Origin: Octopus sinensis
Lineage: Eukaryota
Assembly (NCBI RefSeq): GCF_006345805.1
Contig: NW_021831752.1
Location: 124,001-188,000 of the forward strand
Direction of reading: 5' to 3'
DNA length: 64,000 nucleotides
Shown here one piece after another: positions 62,781-64,000 of the stretch; the first letter of the stretch is position 1, and the number at the start of each line of letters is the position of its first letter. A program made the position numbers and the translations under genes. Under the pieces are notes generated by a model. It was not told where the DNA came from. It worked only from the letters and a program-made list of their open reading frames with translations, and did no database searches.

Positions 62781-63344
62781 CTTTGATAATTTTTATAATA
62801 ATATTACGTATTAATGACTGTTTGGGTAGGCTATAAGATTATTTTGTTACTTTCCTGGAAGCAATGAGCTACGTAGTGATTGTCAGTTTCCTCTTAATCA
62901 TTTTATTTACGATAACTGAGATGGTTGAATTATTATCATTTAACCAGTTGTTTTATACAAATATTTTAGCAATCAAAGAAAATCGGTCTGTTTAATAATA
63001 ACTACAATTTAATTATATCAAAGATGCGACAAAATTTGTGTCCTAAACTGTTTTACGTAACATTTATTACACATTTGATTTACAATGTGTGATTTAAGGA
63101 TAAAACGAATACGTATTGATTTAGATAAGAAAGGAATCAATAAAAAAATTAAGGAGTTGTCAATTATTTAAAGAAAATATGAAATCAATATTTCCCACTT
63201 GTTGGTCAGTTTTTAATTCTTTACAAAATTTTGTCAAATGACCAAAATTTTTAAAGGAAACGTCAAATAATATATATGATTATTTATAATTCAAGTTTCT
63301 AAAACAATTAGTGAAGATTATTCCGAGCACATAAATAAAAAAAA

Positions 63345-64000
63345 TAAAATTCCGAGCACATGAGAGCTTGCACTGAGGACATCCTCAACGTCATCTTCGA
63401 TATGCAGTCGTGGAGACAGGCGACTCTCTCAATTTCCTTTGGAGGGATCGGCCTGATCACTTCGGCAGACTCAGCGCACGGCGCATATTTTTCTTCAGTA
63501 CTCTCGTCCAGAGATATGATCGACATTGTTATTTCTCAAATAAATGAACAGAGGAATTTATTTTCTGTGGATGATTGCGTCGCCGTATGGGAAAAGCTGG
63601 GACTGCCATTGTTGTCTGATATGACCTGCTAATCGGAGTGGACGTCGAAAGTCCACGCCAATACGTTTTCAAGGCTAAAGGAAAGCATGGACCAGGGAAG
63701 GTTGGCTTGTTTCAAAGCGGTGAACTCCTTTTCCAATCAGAATATCAAGTTGTGTATCAAAAAATCGGGAGCCCCGTCTGAACGGGCTGGAAAGAGGAAG
63801 AGTGAGAAATACGCTGGAATTGGGAATGGCAGAATGTTTGTCCCCCTGGCTGTTGAGACGTCAGGAATACAAGGGCCTTCTACTCGGAGCCTACTCCAGC
63901 AAATTGGCTCACTAATGGAAAGGGTTACCGGCGACTCGTGTGAGCACCGGTATTTAACCGAAAGAATAGCCATAGTCAGAGGCAATACTCTGGCTGTCTG
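63345..64000 (+). mobile_element. CRE-clade non-LTR element, post-RT and endonuclease fragments with an internal deletion; runs off the window
   Basis: ILNVIFDMQSWRQATLSISFGGIGL..AYFSSV, DQGRLACFKA, FVPLAVETSGIQGP..EHRYLTERIAIVRGN. Confidence 0.85.

Overview
Eukaryotic, very AT-rich animal genomic DNA with minute spliceosomal introns (mostly about 21-31 nt, GT..AG). The gene set (receptor guanylate cyclase, SLC6 transporter, DOCK-D GEF, effector caspase, boule, PHF12), the tiny introns and a short (~1.56 kb) SSU rRNA sequence suggest a reduced metazoan parasite such as a myxozoan or dicyemid; this is inference and I cannot name the species. Recognisable host genes: SLC6, DOCK9/10/11-like, NPR-type guanylate cyclase, YIPF1/2, ATPIF1, boule, MRPL4, caspase-3/7-like, GOT2, SUCLG2, MAT and PHF12, plus several unresolved multi-exon genes. 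They are interleaved with dense, nested transposon debris: Tigger, a complete non-autonomous Helitron carrying a ~95-bp tandem array, four hAT elements (two with 8-bp TSDs), three Merlin elements (two with 8-bp TSDs), an IS630/Tc1 element, and non-LTR remnants of CRE (seven pieces), RTE, jockey/I and R4/NeSL type. An orphan, apparently degenerate 18S-ITS1-5.8S-ITS2 block has no 28S. Most striking observations: (1) a subset of genes shows a strand-symmetric C/A-to-G/T skew inversion centred inside each gene; (2) a 2.6-kb hAT sits inside a 22-nt host intron; (3) Merlin transposases carry tiny introns at positions shared between divergent families. All exon boundaries were read by eye and are approximate. 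Many single-base indels lie in homopolymers and could be sequencing errors.
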